DNA of 63,887 nt, the filler included, from Olpidium bornovanus S191 (Eukaryota > Fungi > Olpidiomycota): NCBI GenBank assembly GCA_017911155.1. It is 32 parts of 32 records of this genome, joined end to end, with 100 filler letters (N's around TTAATTAATTAA, not from the genome) between each part and the next. Parts side by side here need not be neighbours in the genome. Positions count along the whole stretch, not along the records: positions 1 to 1,132 come from JAEFCI010012100.1; positions 1,233 to 2,794 come from JAEFCI010009571.1; positions 2,895 to 7,699 come from JAEFCI010000395.1; positions 7,800 to 9,632 come from JAEFCI010007458.1; positions 9,733 to 13,048 come from JAEFCI010009892.1; 27 more parts are not named here. The stretch is one strand, 5' to 3'. Of the stretch, positions 1-11,260 are shown in pieces (positions within the stretch are counted from its first letter, which is position 1; each line of letters begins with the position of its first letter). The notes below the pieces were generated by a model that saw only the letters and a list, made by a program, of their open reading frames with translations, was not told the origin of the DNA and searched no databases. Made by a program: the position numbers and the translations under genes.

Positions 1-1132
1 CTGCCATTCTAAATGAACCAGATGAGAGATTCCATGCCAATCAATAGAGTTCCCTTATCCAAGTTCGGGCGTCCCCGTCTCCCTCTCCCGGGATTGGCTA
101 CGTTGGGAACATAAATCCCCCCCCCCCCCCCCGCCCCGCCCCACACCGCCTGCGACGAGCGGCACGAAATTAACGAGACGTTCCCGGCCATCCCGTCTGC
201 GGACGCACCGTTCCTCACCGACAGTACCGTAGCCTAAAGCGCCGTGTAAAGCGGTGGGCGCGCGCGCGAATACTGTATGCTCTGAGCGAATACTGTATGC
301 AGTATGCTCAGAGCGCCAACAGACTGACATGCTCCCTCAACGTCGCCTGCACCCATGACGCGTCACGAAGATACGAACAACCGCCCGAGTCTTCGGACTT
401 CACGGGCCGCGCTATATCCCGCGCAAGCCTGCTCAGAGCGCGCACGCCACCCACCCCCGCCGGCTTACGTATTCTGCCATGCCTCCGCCGCCCGAACCCG
501 CGGTTTCCTTCCCGAGTACCGGTCCGTTGGACCAGGGAACAGACCCTTTGGCGCCGGACGACCGCAAGACGAAGTTCTCGGGCGACGCCAATTTCCGGCG
601 AGAGCAGGGAGAAGGTCGGAACCCGCTTTGCGCCGTTTCCGACAAGACCTTCGCGTTCGAAGGGGCTATTAAACTTGCCTTTAGTCCCAGCTGAAACGCC
701 GGAACGCGCCATGTACCGCGAGCGCAATATCATCGCCTCAAGGTACTTGATGATTACCAAAGGAGACGTCTCTTTACGCGCCTTCCTCTCGTGGACGAAA
801 CGCACCTACGGCAGTCACGTCGTTCTCCGGCACTCGCTCGCAGACTGGAACTGTACCTGTGGCCGTTCGTCCAGGAACATTGGCCGTTGCCTCATTAAGG
901 CGAGTTGATCTGGTTCCCCCTCCCGTGCGAGGATTCTGGCTCCTTCATTCCGCAGTAGGGCGGCATCCGGGCGACTACGCCTCTGTCCGGCCCCCTGTCC
1001 TATCCCGGGTGGAGGAAGTAACGTTTCGCGTTAATGTTGGATGCCACTGGTCGGCTCCGCGGCGACTACGCCTCTGTCGCGGATACCCTGATCTTTACCA
1101 TGCCACTTCGCACTTTGAAACACCCAACGAGA

Positions 1133-1232
1133 NNNNNNNNNNNNNNNNNNNNNNNNNNNNNNNNNNNNNNNNNNNNTTAATTAATTAANNNNNNNNNNNN
1201 NNNNNNNNNNNNNNNNNNNNNNNNNNNNNNNN
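1133..1232. other. Artificial contig linker (44 N + TTAATTAATTAA + 44 N); first of 31 identical linkers
   Basis: The identical 100-bp spacer, with stops in all six frames, recurs at 1133, 2795, 7700, 9633, 13049, 14366, 15668, 17231, 18577, 20278, 21964, 23176, 26798, 29068, 30686, 32552, 35494, 37193, 39177, 41861, 43701, 45757, 48208, 52269, 53520, 55316, 56641, 58225, 59804, 61214 and 62690. Confidence 0.99.
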
Positions 1233-1536
1233 CATGACGGTATTGGCACGCCTGTCCGACGCTCTCAAGTGGCCGCTGGTCTGCTTCCAGTTTCCGTTAA
1301 GCCGGCTCGGTTCGTCGCGGCGCGCCGGGTTAACCGTTGCCGATCCAGTCGCCGAGGGCCGAATACGCCGGCGGGGCAAGCGACCGCCGAATTTTACATT
1401 CGGCTTGATCACAGCTTCCCCCCGGCGTTAAGTCAGCAAAGATCGTATTTTCCGGGGCGGCCGACAGAACCACGGGATAAGGCGCTCGGCCACGCGGACA
1501 TCGGATCTATCCGGAACGCCTCCATTCCCGAAATCG

Positions 1537-2794
1537 TCACCTGTCCCATCCCTTTACGACCCAGGCATCGTTCCTGTCGGCTCCAACCTCTCGCAGGACG
1601 TCACGTGCCGCTTGACGCCACTGCTCCATGTCAGGCCAGTCCGACGAACAGCTCCAGGGTTTTTCCGAGACGTAGTGCAGGAACCGCGCGCACACAGGGG
1701 GCGGCGGCGGCGAGGGCGGCGGAGACACGGCGGGAGCGTCGCTGACAGAGAGAGCACCAACCGCTTGGGACGCATCATCATCCGCCGTGCTCTGGTTTGC
1801 GCAATCGGCCCGGGGGGCATTAGTTGCCGTGATCTCCTCCCGATTCCGGTCGGATTTTGCTCCGGGCGGGCCGGCCTCGTCTCGCGCTGTATAGCCCGCC
1901 ACGGCCAGGCGCTCGAGATCCGCGCTTCTCCACGCGGTGCACCAGAAATGCCTGCCAATGTTGGTCCAGCCGCGCGCGTTGTAGAACTCGGTGACGACCT
2001 GCTCGTCGGGGCCCCAGGCGCAGCCGGCGACCGGGCGGAACGACCTCACGCGCCTGACGAGCTCGCGGTGGTCCTCGCGGCTCGGGGCGAGGAGGAGCAT
2101 TCCGCAGGAAGCGTTCTGCTGCCAGGGCTGGTTCCCCACGCCGTGCGCGTCCACCCGCTCGCCGTGGGCGTGCGAGCCCCGGCCGGGAACGTAGCCGCGG
2201 CTGCGCACGTGGCTGATCACGGCGGCGGGAGGGGCGAGCGCGAAAATGCCGTCCGCGTTGGCGACGCACAGTGCGTCGGCGTCCACGACGCAGATCTTTT
2301 CGTACTGCGTCAGCAGCAGGGCGTGGAAGCGCGTGAAAGATGTGTGGATCCAGGGATCGTAGAATTTGGCGAACCTGGCCGGCCAGGGGGGAAGGGTCGG
2401 GGGAAGAACAGCGCGGGACGAATTCCAGGTTGCAAGTCAGCGAAGTCACATGCATAACCCCCAAGAATCACGCTCCACGGCGACAAGACGGGGAATCCAC
2501 TGCGGCGACCGCAGCGAAGAGACCCGCAAGAGTTTTAGCAATTTCACTTTCTCGCGGGCGCGCGCGGGCGCAGCTGCGCACCAATCCCGCCGGCCTAACA
2601 GGAGGGCGGCCAGGCGAGACGAACGAAAAAGAAACGGGCGGGGTGGGGGAAGGGGTGGTGAGAAGGGGGGAGAGGGGGGGGGGCGCGGCCCACCTCCCCG
2701 GGTTCCACTTGCAGTTCTCCCGTGCGCAGCTGAGGTAGGGCACCGTAACGACGGCGGTGTAGATTTTTCGAAGGGCTTCCAGCGCGGCCTGGGG
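1537..2794 (-). CDS. Glycosyltransferase family 8 (glycogenin/P13-like), 5'-truncated, one intron (2375-2693)
   Basis: Spliced translation: ALEALRKIYTAVVTVPYLSC..KWNPG|RFAKFYDPWIHTSFTRFHALLLTQYEKICVVDADALCVANADGIFALAPPAA..NASCGMLLLAPS..GPDEQVVTEFY..FLHYVSEKPW. It contains the DxD motif, the FT(K/R)..L.L.QYEK motif and the C-terminal HY..KPW motif of GT8. The intron is GT-AG and in phase. Confidence 0.85.
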
Positions 2795-2894
2795 NNNNNN
2801 NNNNNNNNNNNNNNNNNNNNNNNNNNNNNNNNNNNNNNTTAATTAATTAANNNNNNNNNNNNNNNNNNNNNNNNNNNNNNNNNNNNNNNNNNNN

Positions 2895-4545
2895 CCTCCT
2901 CGTAAAGGCCCCACGTCCGCTCGTGGTCCGCCTCCGTCTTCTCATTCTCGGCAACCGCCCGCCGCTGCTCTAGCCGGCGTCGGACTCGACGGCAGAGCGC
3001 CTCCTTCGGAACATGGCGCGCCAGGCTGATGCCTTCGTGCGCGTGGATCGCAAAGACACGCGACGCGGTCGCCGCCCTGCGGCCGGCCGGCGCTGGAAGA
3101 CGTCTCTCAGGTGGAGGCCCTTGACCGTTTCATGCGTGGCCTCAAACAACAAACACGCGTTCAAGTCCTCGTACGTGACCCCCACTCCTTGGAGGTGGCC
3201 ATTCGCTTAGCCACGACATACGACTCGGTCATGTTCGGCACCACCTTCGCTGCCGCCACCACGCTCTGCTCAACAGACCGTTCCGCCCAAAAAAAAAAAC
3301 TCCCATGGACATCAGTCAAATTAACAACATGGACAATGCTGATCCGGACCCAGGGCGCGCGGCCGCCCTTGAGGCGCTCGTCCAGGCCTTCGACATCTGC
3401 CTCCACAACTGACACCGGCCGGCCCTCGCCGCCGGTCAAACCCTGACCAAGATGACTCTGGCTATCCGCAAATGGTGCATGGAAAATGGCACCTGTTTCT
3501 ACTGCCGACAAGTCGGTCGTGCCGCCGCCGCTTGCCCGACTCGCCCGGTGTCGAGGAATGTAACCCTCCCTCGAGGGGTGGCAGGAGGGCGGGATGGCTA
3601 GGGCCCTTGCTGCGGTGTGCGGGACGTACCTTTCTCCTCTTCGGAACGACTCTCTGCGCCCTCCTGCGTCCGTGCCCGGCCACCCCCTTCGATTGACCCT
3701 TCGAAGATGTGTACAACGCGCGGCTCTTCTGCCACTACTCCCTCCCCTTTGGTCGCCTCCGCCTCGTCCCAAGGCGCGCGCCGACGCCGTTCGTAGGCGC
3801 CGCCGTCGCAAGGCAGCTGAAGGCTGGTGGGCTCGAACCGTTTGTTTATTATTCTTCTGCGGGCTATGTGGGAGGAAAAAAAGCGTGCAAGCTATTGTTT
3901 TGTTAGGGGGGGGGACTATGACAGGGCTCGCCCCGCGGCTCGGTCGTGGGCAGCGAAGCGAAATCTTTCCCGACACCGGCCCGTCCCGTAGTGGCACATC
4001 TTAACGTGGAGCACAGTTGACTAGCACGGCGCGGCAGGTCGGACAACCCGCACACCGAACATGCCACGCAGTCGACACTAATTCGTTATGGATGCGGAGC
4101 TCGCCGGCACACCGGTCCGCGCAATGCTAGATAGTGGCTCCTCTGTCGATGTCATGAATAAACATCTTCTGCCTTGTTCTTCTTTGGGGGGTCGGGGACC
4201 TACCGTTTGGAATGCTGACGGCCGCACCGAACGGGGGCCGGGGACCTACCGTTTGGAATGCTGAGGGCCGCACCGAACAAACCTTCTCACCAGTTGATGT
4301 CCCCATCTCAGCACGGGATATATCAGGAGTCACTCGCCAGGAAATGATCGCTCTCCTTCCAGCAGATATCCAAGAGGACTTCATCGTGGGCAAGCCATGG
4401 TTACACAGGCATAACCCACGCATAGATTGGACCAACAACCACGTCACGTTCCCTGAAGCGGCCCCACCTGTGTGTGTCCTTCAGCTGTCGACAGACTCCC
4501 CGCGCCTACCAGAGGACCCGCGAGAAATCATCGCCGGTACCGCGG
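2895..4545 (+). mobile_element. Degenerate Ty3/gypsy LTR-retrotransposon gag-protease remnant
   Basis: Gag-like ALDRFMRGLKQQTRVQVLVRDPHSLEVAIRLATTYDS (about 3114-3230). Aspartic protease VMDAELAGTPVRAMLDSGSSVDVMN (about 4085-4160). Protease C-terminus DFIVGKPWLHRHNPRIDWTNNHVTF (about 4375-4452). Frames are broken. Confidence 0.85.
4187..4278 (+). repeat. 46-bp tandem duplication inside the gypsy protease (causes a frameshift)
   Basis: ggggg(t/c)cggggacctaccgtttggaatgctga(c/g)ggccgcaccgaac occurs twice in tandem with 2 mismatches. Confidence 0.9.
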
Positions 4546-5210
4546 ACCTGCCATTGGTTGACCGGCTCGGGCAAAACGGCGTGGTTTAAAAATTTGCAGA
4601 CGTGTATTGACAATATCAACAAGACTTACAATTGTTCCCTCGGTAAAAGCGCGAAGGATTCGTCAAAACAAGAAGTCGTCTTCCCAAAACCAACAAAAAA
4701 AAAGTACCGCACCGTCAAAACCGCTTTGAAGCTCAACGATCTTGTCCGACTTCTCGTCCGAAAGAAGCAGGGGCTGAAACCTTTGAAGCAACCGTACTCC
4801 AAGGAGGTTTACGTTATCAGAAAAGCAACGCGCGGCGCGAACAGTCTCGTCTCGTACAAGCTGCACAAGGATGGAAACACACTGAAGGGTAAATACTTCG
4901 CAACGGATCTTCTGCTCGTCAAGTCGGCAAAAGCCGCGTACACGGGTATAGAACTCGTAGACAACGATGGAGAGGCGTTGCAGAACCCGGCTGAGCTGCA
5001 GCTCACGATACAGGAAGGAGATGGTGGGACGTTTCAACTTCGACCGCAACCGGACCCCAGTGGCGCGCCTACGAAGTCGAACGGATACTTGCACAGAAAC
5101 ACTTCCGCAGCGGCACGAAATACCTCGTGAAGTGGGTCGGCTACGACAATTCTTACGCGACTTGGCTTCCACGGAGCGAGTTGCAGAAGGCGAAGAAGGT
5201 ACTTCGATAA
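4545..5210 (+). mobile_element. Polinton/Maverick- or virophage-type retroviral-like integrase C-terminal half plus chromodomain (frameshifted)
   Basis: WFKNLQTCIDNINKTYNCSLG..ALKLNDLVRLLVRKKQGLKPLKQPYSKEVYVIRKATRGANSLVSYKLHKDGNTLKGKYFATDLLLVK matches the Polinton integrase tail pattern (W..L..V..YN.T..S / GD.VR / WS.E.F.I / G..I.G.FY..EL..V). After a 1-nt shift, 5070-5210 reads YEVERILAQKHFRSGTKYLVKWVGYDNSYATWLPRSELQKAKKVLR* (chromodomain). The gypsy GPY/F motif is absent. Confidence 0.65.
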
Positions 5211-7814
5211 TGGAGGCTCGAGCAAAGAACGGAGCGCGAAGGTTGAACGTTTGAAAAAATATAAAAAATTTATTTACGCCGGCACTTACCGGTCTAAATA
5301 TGTTTCGGGAGAAGATCGATACCGCAAGGAAACCCAGGAGAACCACGCGCCATTTGTGTATTAACAGGGTACGGTATCCATTAGAGACTTCTCAATTCTT
5401 ATCAGAGGTATTTCTTTCAGGCGTTGAACGCGATGACCATGATAAATTATGTTCATCCTCAGGTTCAGGTATATCGAGCGAGTGACTGCAGGAAGTGTTA
5501 GAACAACTTGATGTAGTTGACGTATCGTCTTCATCTTTCATACAAGAGGGACACCTGAAATTGTATTTGTGGTCACAGTCCACACATCTAAAATCATGTA
5601 ATATGAGTTCATCTGGAGCAGTTAACCTTTGTTCAACTGAATTATACCATGAATACATAAAATCGAAACCCTTGACGCAGTCAAAATGGGGACAACATTT
5701 TTAGTCTATACTTTTAACATAGAATAAAAAATGGCTGAAAATACGACTTGGCCAACTTCGAAGATTGACCGTTGCTCGAAGTTGGCCGTCGCCGTGAACG
5801 CGTCGACTCTCCGGAACATGACGACGACGTCGAGCGCTTTAGCGCATTTCAACAAGCGCGTTTCCGTTAGTTTTTGCTGTTACGTTTTTTCCGCGCCCAG
5901 GCCCGGGCGCCGAGCCTTCGGCCGCCCTTGAAAAACTCAAACGGCTTATGGGCCGCTACACCAGGAAGCGTTTAATCGCCAGCGTCTCCAAGGAGCGGCG
6001 AGGTGCGCTGTACAAACCGGGACAAAGCGTCTGAGCCCTGTTCAAGACATTGGTGCGTCCCCTAGGCCGTGACAAGCAACAGATATAAGCATGTTACCCA
6101 ATTGGGCGGTTCCCCCCCCCCCTCCTCCCTTCCGAAAATCGGTGGCGGCGCCAGCTAGTAACGGACTGGAAATTTTATTTTTCTTTTGCGCCAAATCGAC
6201 CCCGTGCGCGCCTTCACTCCGGAAAAGCCGCTCTTCGAAGTCGAGGGCGTCTGCACCTCCGAAGCCAGGCAAAAAGGGCCGACGCAAAGATGGAGCGAAT
6301 AACTGCTATCAAGCGCCACTACGAGCTTGAAGTGATGACATTGATTTATGACGAGCACAAAGACTTCATGGACCGCGCACAGGCGTCAGACAGCGTTGGG
6401 CTTAAAATAGCCACAACGCCGGTGGAAATGAAGGTTTGCGACGGAGTTTTTTTCGTTTTTTTTTTTTGTTTTTCGCCTCCGATTGCGCGACTCCGGCGCC
6501 GGTCAAACCAGGCCGGCATTTTCCGGGATTTAGCGCGCCCTCAGGGGCTCGCTCTGAGGGAGATAGAAGGACCATGCCAACGAATACTGTGGAAGTTGCA
6601 CGTCATTCGATTCTTGCAACTTTGGAGCTCCGCTCACCCAAGTCGTCCTTGTCTTGCACCTCCTGTTCTGGCGTCGATGATGTGGCCTGCGCGATCGAAG
6701 CCTGCACGAGGAGGAACACCAACGCGAAGCCAGGGGGACCATTTCCAAGAACCGTTTGACTAAGCGAAAGTGTGTCTATTTACCCCGCCAGTGTTGGGCA
6801 GGAGCTGGTGGGTATGGACAGTGTCCGCACCATGAGGTGCGTCTATCTGCCTAATAGCGTATATGAGGGAGGAGGGGTAGATGTAGGTTCCGGGCGAACA
6901 GTGACGCAGCTTTTACACTCCAGCCCGGCCATCTCCTGGCACTTCCGTTCCGTAGTCCTGCCGCGAAGGCACTTCGTTTTGGTTTTCCCCGTCCTTCCAC
7001 GGGTTTTTTGGCCGCCACGTTGTGTTTGGGGTCCGCACTGCGAGGGGAGAAAAGCCCTCGGAAAAACCGGCCCGTGCGGAATAGATTGGTTCCCCCCGCC
7101 CCCCAGGGCCCGCGGGCCGGGGGCCGGGCTTTTTTTTTTTTTTTTTTTTTTTTTTTTCTTTTCTTCCGCTGTGGGAGGGTTTTTTTTTCTTTACGCCGCG
7201 GGCTTTTTTTTTTTTTTTTTTCGCTGCAGGGCTTTTTTTACTCCCTCCCCACCTGTTCGGAAAGGGGGGAGAAGACTGACCTCTGCGCCGCCCGACCGTG
7301 CTGTTGCACCCCTTGAAAACGCCCACCGTTTTATAAATTATAAGATTATTAATTATAAGTTATGTACCCCTAAAAAAAAAAAGCGAAACGCCTTTTCTCT
7401 ATAGAAATTTCGCGTAGACGCGCAATGGAGCAGCTCCCCCGAGAGCTCCTTCAAACCCCGAAAAACTCCCCTGAAAATTACACCACCACCACCGCCCGCA
7501 GGGGGGGTGCTCGTCGCTTTGTGGGGGGAAGTTCGTTTTCTATTTCTTGACCGAACTGAATTTCGCGCGAGGCCGTCCGAGAGAATCATTTCAGGTCAAA
7601 GGTCTGGGGCGGAGGGCCCCAGTCCATTGACGTCGAGAAGATTCTGGAAATACGAATATAACGGATAGTTGATCAGGCGGAAATCCCGCTCCCCTCCCCN
7701 NNNNNNNNNNNNNNNNNNNNNNNNNNNNNNNNNNNNNNNNNNNTTAATTAATTAANNNNNNNNNNNNNNNNNNNNNNNNNNNNNNNNNNNNNNNNNNNNG
7801 AACCCCCCCCCCCC

Positions 7815-7878
<64 letters not shown>

Positions 7879-7881
7879 AAG

Positions 7882-9632
7882 ATGACCTCGAAGCTGGCCG
7901 AGGCAGAGGCCCTCATGGCCTCCGCAGAGAAGGCGTGCGTTTTCGCAGCCCGCGCCCCCTTACTTCACCGCCCTGCTTCCGCCGCCGCCCCCGGCTAACG
8001 CGGCCCCTCCCCTGCTCGACCGCCCGCACCCAGAGCCAAGAAGACGTTCTTCAGCAAGCCCGACTGGGACACCGCGGGCAGGGACTTCGAGAAGGCCGGT
8101 GCGTGCAGGGGGGGAGGGGAAAGTTCCCGGCGACTTCCACCCATCCCCTCTCACTTCGCTCCGCTTTTTCGAAACGCACCGTCCTCTTCGCCGCCCTCTC
8201 GCAGCGAACTGCTTCAAAGCGGCGAGAGCGCTCGACCGCGCAGCCGACGCATTCATCAAGGCCTCCGACGGGATGTTCAAGGCCGACGCGTGAGGGAGAG
8301 GGCGCAGGGGGGGTGCGGGGTTGGGAGGGGTGTGATCACAGTGGGCGGGCGGGGACCGGCTGCCACAACTCTTTCCTGCAACTTTCGCCGCCTGGCGCGC
8401 CGGTCGGGGGCGGGGCACGCACGCACCTGAAGGGTTTACCTCGCCGCAAAAGCCATGGAGTCGGCGGCCCTCGTGGTGCACCAGCAGTCCAACCAACCTG
8501 TGAAGGCCGGAGAGCTTTACAACCGCGCGTCAGACCTCTACCACGCGCACGGCGCTTCGGACAAGGCCGCGGAGATGCTGGAGAAAGCCGGCAAGTGCGT
8601 TCGGCCGGACCGCGGACAAAAAAAAAAAAAAAAAAGAGGCGGCGAGGGAGGAGGTGGGGGTGGAAGGTGGAGTGGAAGGGAGGAGGGGAAGGAAGAGGGA
8701 AAGGGAGGAGAGGGAAAGGAAGAGGGAAAGGGAGGAAGGGAAAGGAAGAGGGGGAGAAAAGAGGAGAAAAAAGACGGGTTAGACGGAAGAAAAAGTGTCA
8801 TAAAAGACCCCCCCCCTCTCACTTGGAAGGGGGACGAAAAGAAGTTGTAAGAAAACCATTCCTCTCGCCTGGAAGGGAGGGGGTTAGACGGACGAAAACA
8901 AGTCATATTCTCTCCTCTCGCCTCGTGTCGTCCGGCCTCGCTGATTTTCCGCCCGTATATCTCGGAACATAATCGGGCCGTCTTTCGCAGAGCGAACGAG
9001 GCCGTCGACGTCGACAGGGCGATTGAGTACTACATCATGGCGTGCACGATGTACGAGCAGGAGGACCGCGCGCGGTTTGCCCTCGAGACGTTCAAGCGGA
9101 CGCTGGCCGTGCTATTAAAGCACAAGAGGTGCGCGCCGAAGACAACAAGGAATTACGGACGTTTTTCGCGACGCGTATATTTCGGTGGGGGGGGGGGAGT
9201 GGGAGTTCGAGGCGAGGCGGCAGCCCCTAAACTGAGTTATCCCGTTTTATTCTTTCTTTCGTTTTATTTGCTCTTTAATTTGTTCGTATTTAACCTTTCT
9301 TTTCCCTTCGTTTTTCGTATTATCGGTTTTTTTTTGTTATTTTCATTTTTCGCATTTTGCTTTTCGCTTTTCGCTTTTCGCATTTTGCTTTTTCACTTTT
9401 TCCTCGTTTTGCTCTTTTCACATTTTTTTTTTGCGCGGGGGGACGTGCATGGTGGGTATTGGATATAAGATTCCCAAAAGCGCTCGAATTTCTGATTCGA
9501 ATGGGCGAGGTCATGGAGCCGATGGCGAACAAGTCGGCGCTGTACAAAACGTACCTTTCGACGGTGATAGTGGCGCTTGAGATGAGGGACGAGGTCGAAG
9601 CCGGCAAGCGGTTCCAAGCGTTTCTGGCGTGA
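7882..9632 (+). CDS. NAPG: Gamma-soluble NSF attachment protein (gamma-SNAP), at least 6 exons, 3'-truncated
   Basis: Exons 7882-7934, 8034-8098, 8205-8289, 8433-8594, 8991-9128 and 9470-end splice in phase: MTSKLAEAEALMASAEKAAKKTFFSKPDWDTAGRDFEKAANCFKAARALDRAADAFIKASDGMFKADAVYLAAKAMESAA..KAAEMLEKAGKANEAVDVDRAIEYYIMACTMYEQEDR. The KPDWD and A..LEKAGK motifs are typical of gamma-SNAP. Confidence 0.85.
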
Positions 9633-9732
9633 NNNNNNNNNNNNNNNNNNNNNNNNNNNNNNNNNNNNNNNNNNNNTTAATTAATTAANNNNNNNNNNNN
9701 NNNNNNNNNNNNNNNNNNNNNNNNNNNNNNNN

Positions 9733-10110
9733 CATGCAAAAGCGCCGGCGGACGTTGATGTGTCTGGTACGTGCAGAGTAGTCGGTACCATTGGCAAGCT
9801 GCCCAGCACCGGTAAGGCCGTGAAAATTGCCGACGGATTGCGTGCAACGCCGTAGCCTAGCCCGGAAAGTGACAGCAAAGCCAGAGGGACACGAGTGATA
9901 TCAGGCAGCGTGATGTACTCAGCTTTGATGGTTAAAGGCGATACGCCGCTGCTTGGTGGGACGGTAGAGAAGCATTACTCTGGCGAGAGGAGGAATATAA
10001 GGCCGGTTTGGCTCTTGCGGTCATTGATGTCGCCCGCCCAATCTGCATCAGTGAATCCCATGAAGGCTACGGAATCATGCTGAGTGAAGATGCAGGCCTG
10101 CAAATTCGAG
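9733..10110 (-). mobile_element. Degenerate Ty1/copia RNase H fragment
   Basis: FMGFTDADWAGDINDRKSQTGLIFLL..KAEYITL, then in another frame ANGTDYSARTRHINVRRRF, matching copia GFSDADWAGD..DRKSTSG / EAEYIAL / RTKHIDVRYHF. It has an in-frame stop and frameshifts. Confidence 0.88.
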
Positions 10111-10379
10111 TTTCGGCGTAGACCTCAATGTCTACAAGAGGGCCCGGTCCCTTCGTCTCGCTCGAGGGGAGCCTGGCCCGGGTGGTTTTGCGGGGAACGA
10201 TGATCGCGCTTTGGAGACTGCGCTCCCCATCTTTCGCTCTCTCTCTCTCTCTCCCGGTTCTTTCTCTCCGCACCCGTCTGCCTCGGCCTTCGGCGGTTTC
10301 GGTATAATCAGCCTCGGCCCTCGCGACTCGTCGCGGCAGTAAAAGCACAGTCTGGTCTCTCCTCTTTCCCGCCCCAAGC

Positions 10380-11260
10380 TATCGTACATCCACATAATTG
10401 TCTGTAATCCGGGAAACAACGAACCGAAGACCACTTTTGGCACGTTCACAATGTTTGAGGACATGGAATGTGGCGCCCACTTTGGAGAAAAATTCATCAT
10501 TATCGGCCAGAGCAGCAGGATAGCCAAAATCAACCGGGTTGCAGGAAATGTCCTCGAAAATGTAACGTCACAGCAATCAATGATCGCCTTGGTCTGTTGG
10601 TTCTAGTGGCAGAAACCCTTGGTTGCAATGCCAGGGCAGCGGTAGACAAAATACTCCGCGGGCGTGTGCCTACCCTGGCGTAGTCCTTCTTAAACCCGAG
10701 CTCACGCTGTGACAAGTTGCCCACCACGAGACAACCAGCGGTGTGGAAGTTTGTCAAAGCGATAGCAAGGTTGGTTTGAATATCACAGGCAACCGCGAGA
10801 GTCGCAACGGGGAACCGTGATCAAAATTGTGTGTGCGTTGGAAGGAGATTGATAACACGGATCTGATCCTGCCAGCTTTCAGAAAAAAGTGAGACCAGCA
10901 GATGCGAGCCAACCAAGATGGCACAGGTGCTTTCCAAGATTGTTCAGTGAAGCCGCATAAAAGACATGGCTCTGCACTGCGGTTCATAATTCGTAGCCAT
11001 CGACGTGATCCCAAACAGAAAGCCGGGCTTGGTGGTGTGTTGAAAGGAATTCGCTGCCTCGGGCGCTGTGATGATGACGAAGCTGACAAGCAGACTGATT
11101 TTTCGTGAACATTATATAGTTATTTAAAGCCTTAAACGCAGCTCCAGACTCACGAGTCGTCATGGAGTAGGTTGTCACAAAATGAAAGTAATGTTCGACG
11201 TAGTCCAACGTGTAGTGCTTGTCGTGGATGTAAACATTCCAATCAGTTTTGTAAGCGCCT
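10380..11260 (-). CDS. Exons of an unidentified, possibly degenerate, intron-containing gene
   Basis: Stop-free segments flanked by GT/AG-like sites: AYKTDWNVYIHDKHYTLDYVEHYFHFVTTYSMTT|gtgagt; FVIITAPEAANSFQHTTKPGFLFG; ACDIQTNLAIALTNFHTAGCLVVGNLSQRELGFKKDYAR|gtagg; FEDISCNPVDFGYPAALADNDEFFSKVG. No family was recognised. Confidence 0.3.

Noticed and set aside
850-908. WNCTCG as a SWIM zinc finger (MULE transposase)
   Set aside because: The downstream CxH is absent and no transposase motifs are nearby.
970-1078. 18-bp repeats with a 73-bp spacer as a CRISPR array
   Set aside because: Only two units, the repeat is too short and the spacer too long, there are no cas genes, and the context is eukaryotic.
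1177-1188. TTAATTAATTAA as a biological motif (PacI-like site or AT-rich element), and ORFs ending in XXXX-LIN
   Set aside because: It is part of the artificial linker. ORFs running into N runs are artefacts, and genes on either side of a linker are not neighbours.
4557-4580. GSGKT in HWLTGSGKTAW as a Walker A P-loop
   Set aside because: There is no preceding hydrophobic beta-strand/GxxxxGK spacing and no Walker B. The context matches the helix before the W..L...YN motif of rve integrases.
6900-7400. Poly-Lys/poly-Phe ORFs (also 27260-27685, 62238-62741, 62738-63868)
   Set aside because: These are translations of A/T homopolymer-rich introns or intergenic DNA.
10380-11260. Assignment of these exons to a flagellar protein such as CFAP61
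   Set aside because: The resemblance was limited to a few residues and no diagnostic motif aligned.
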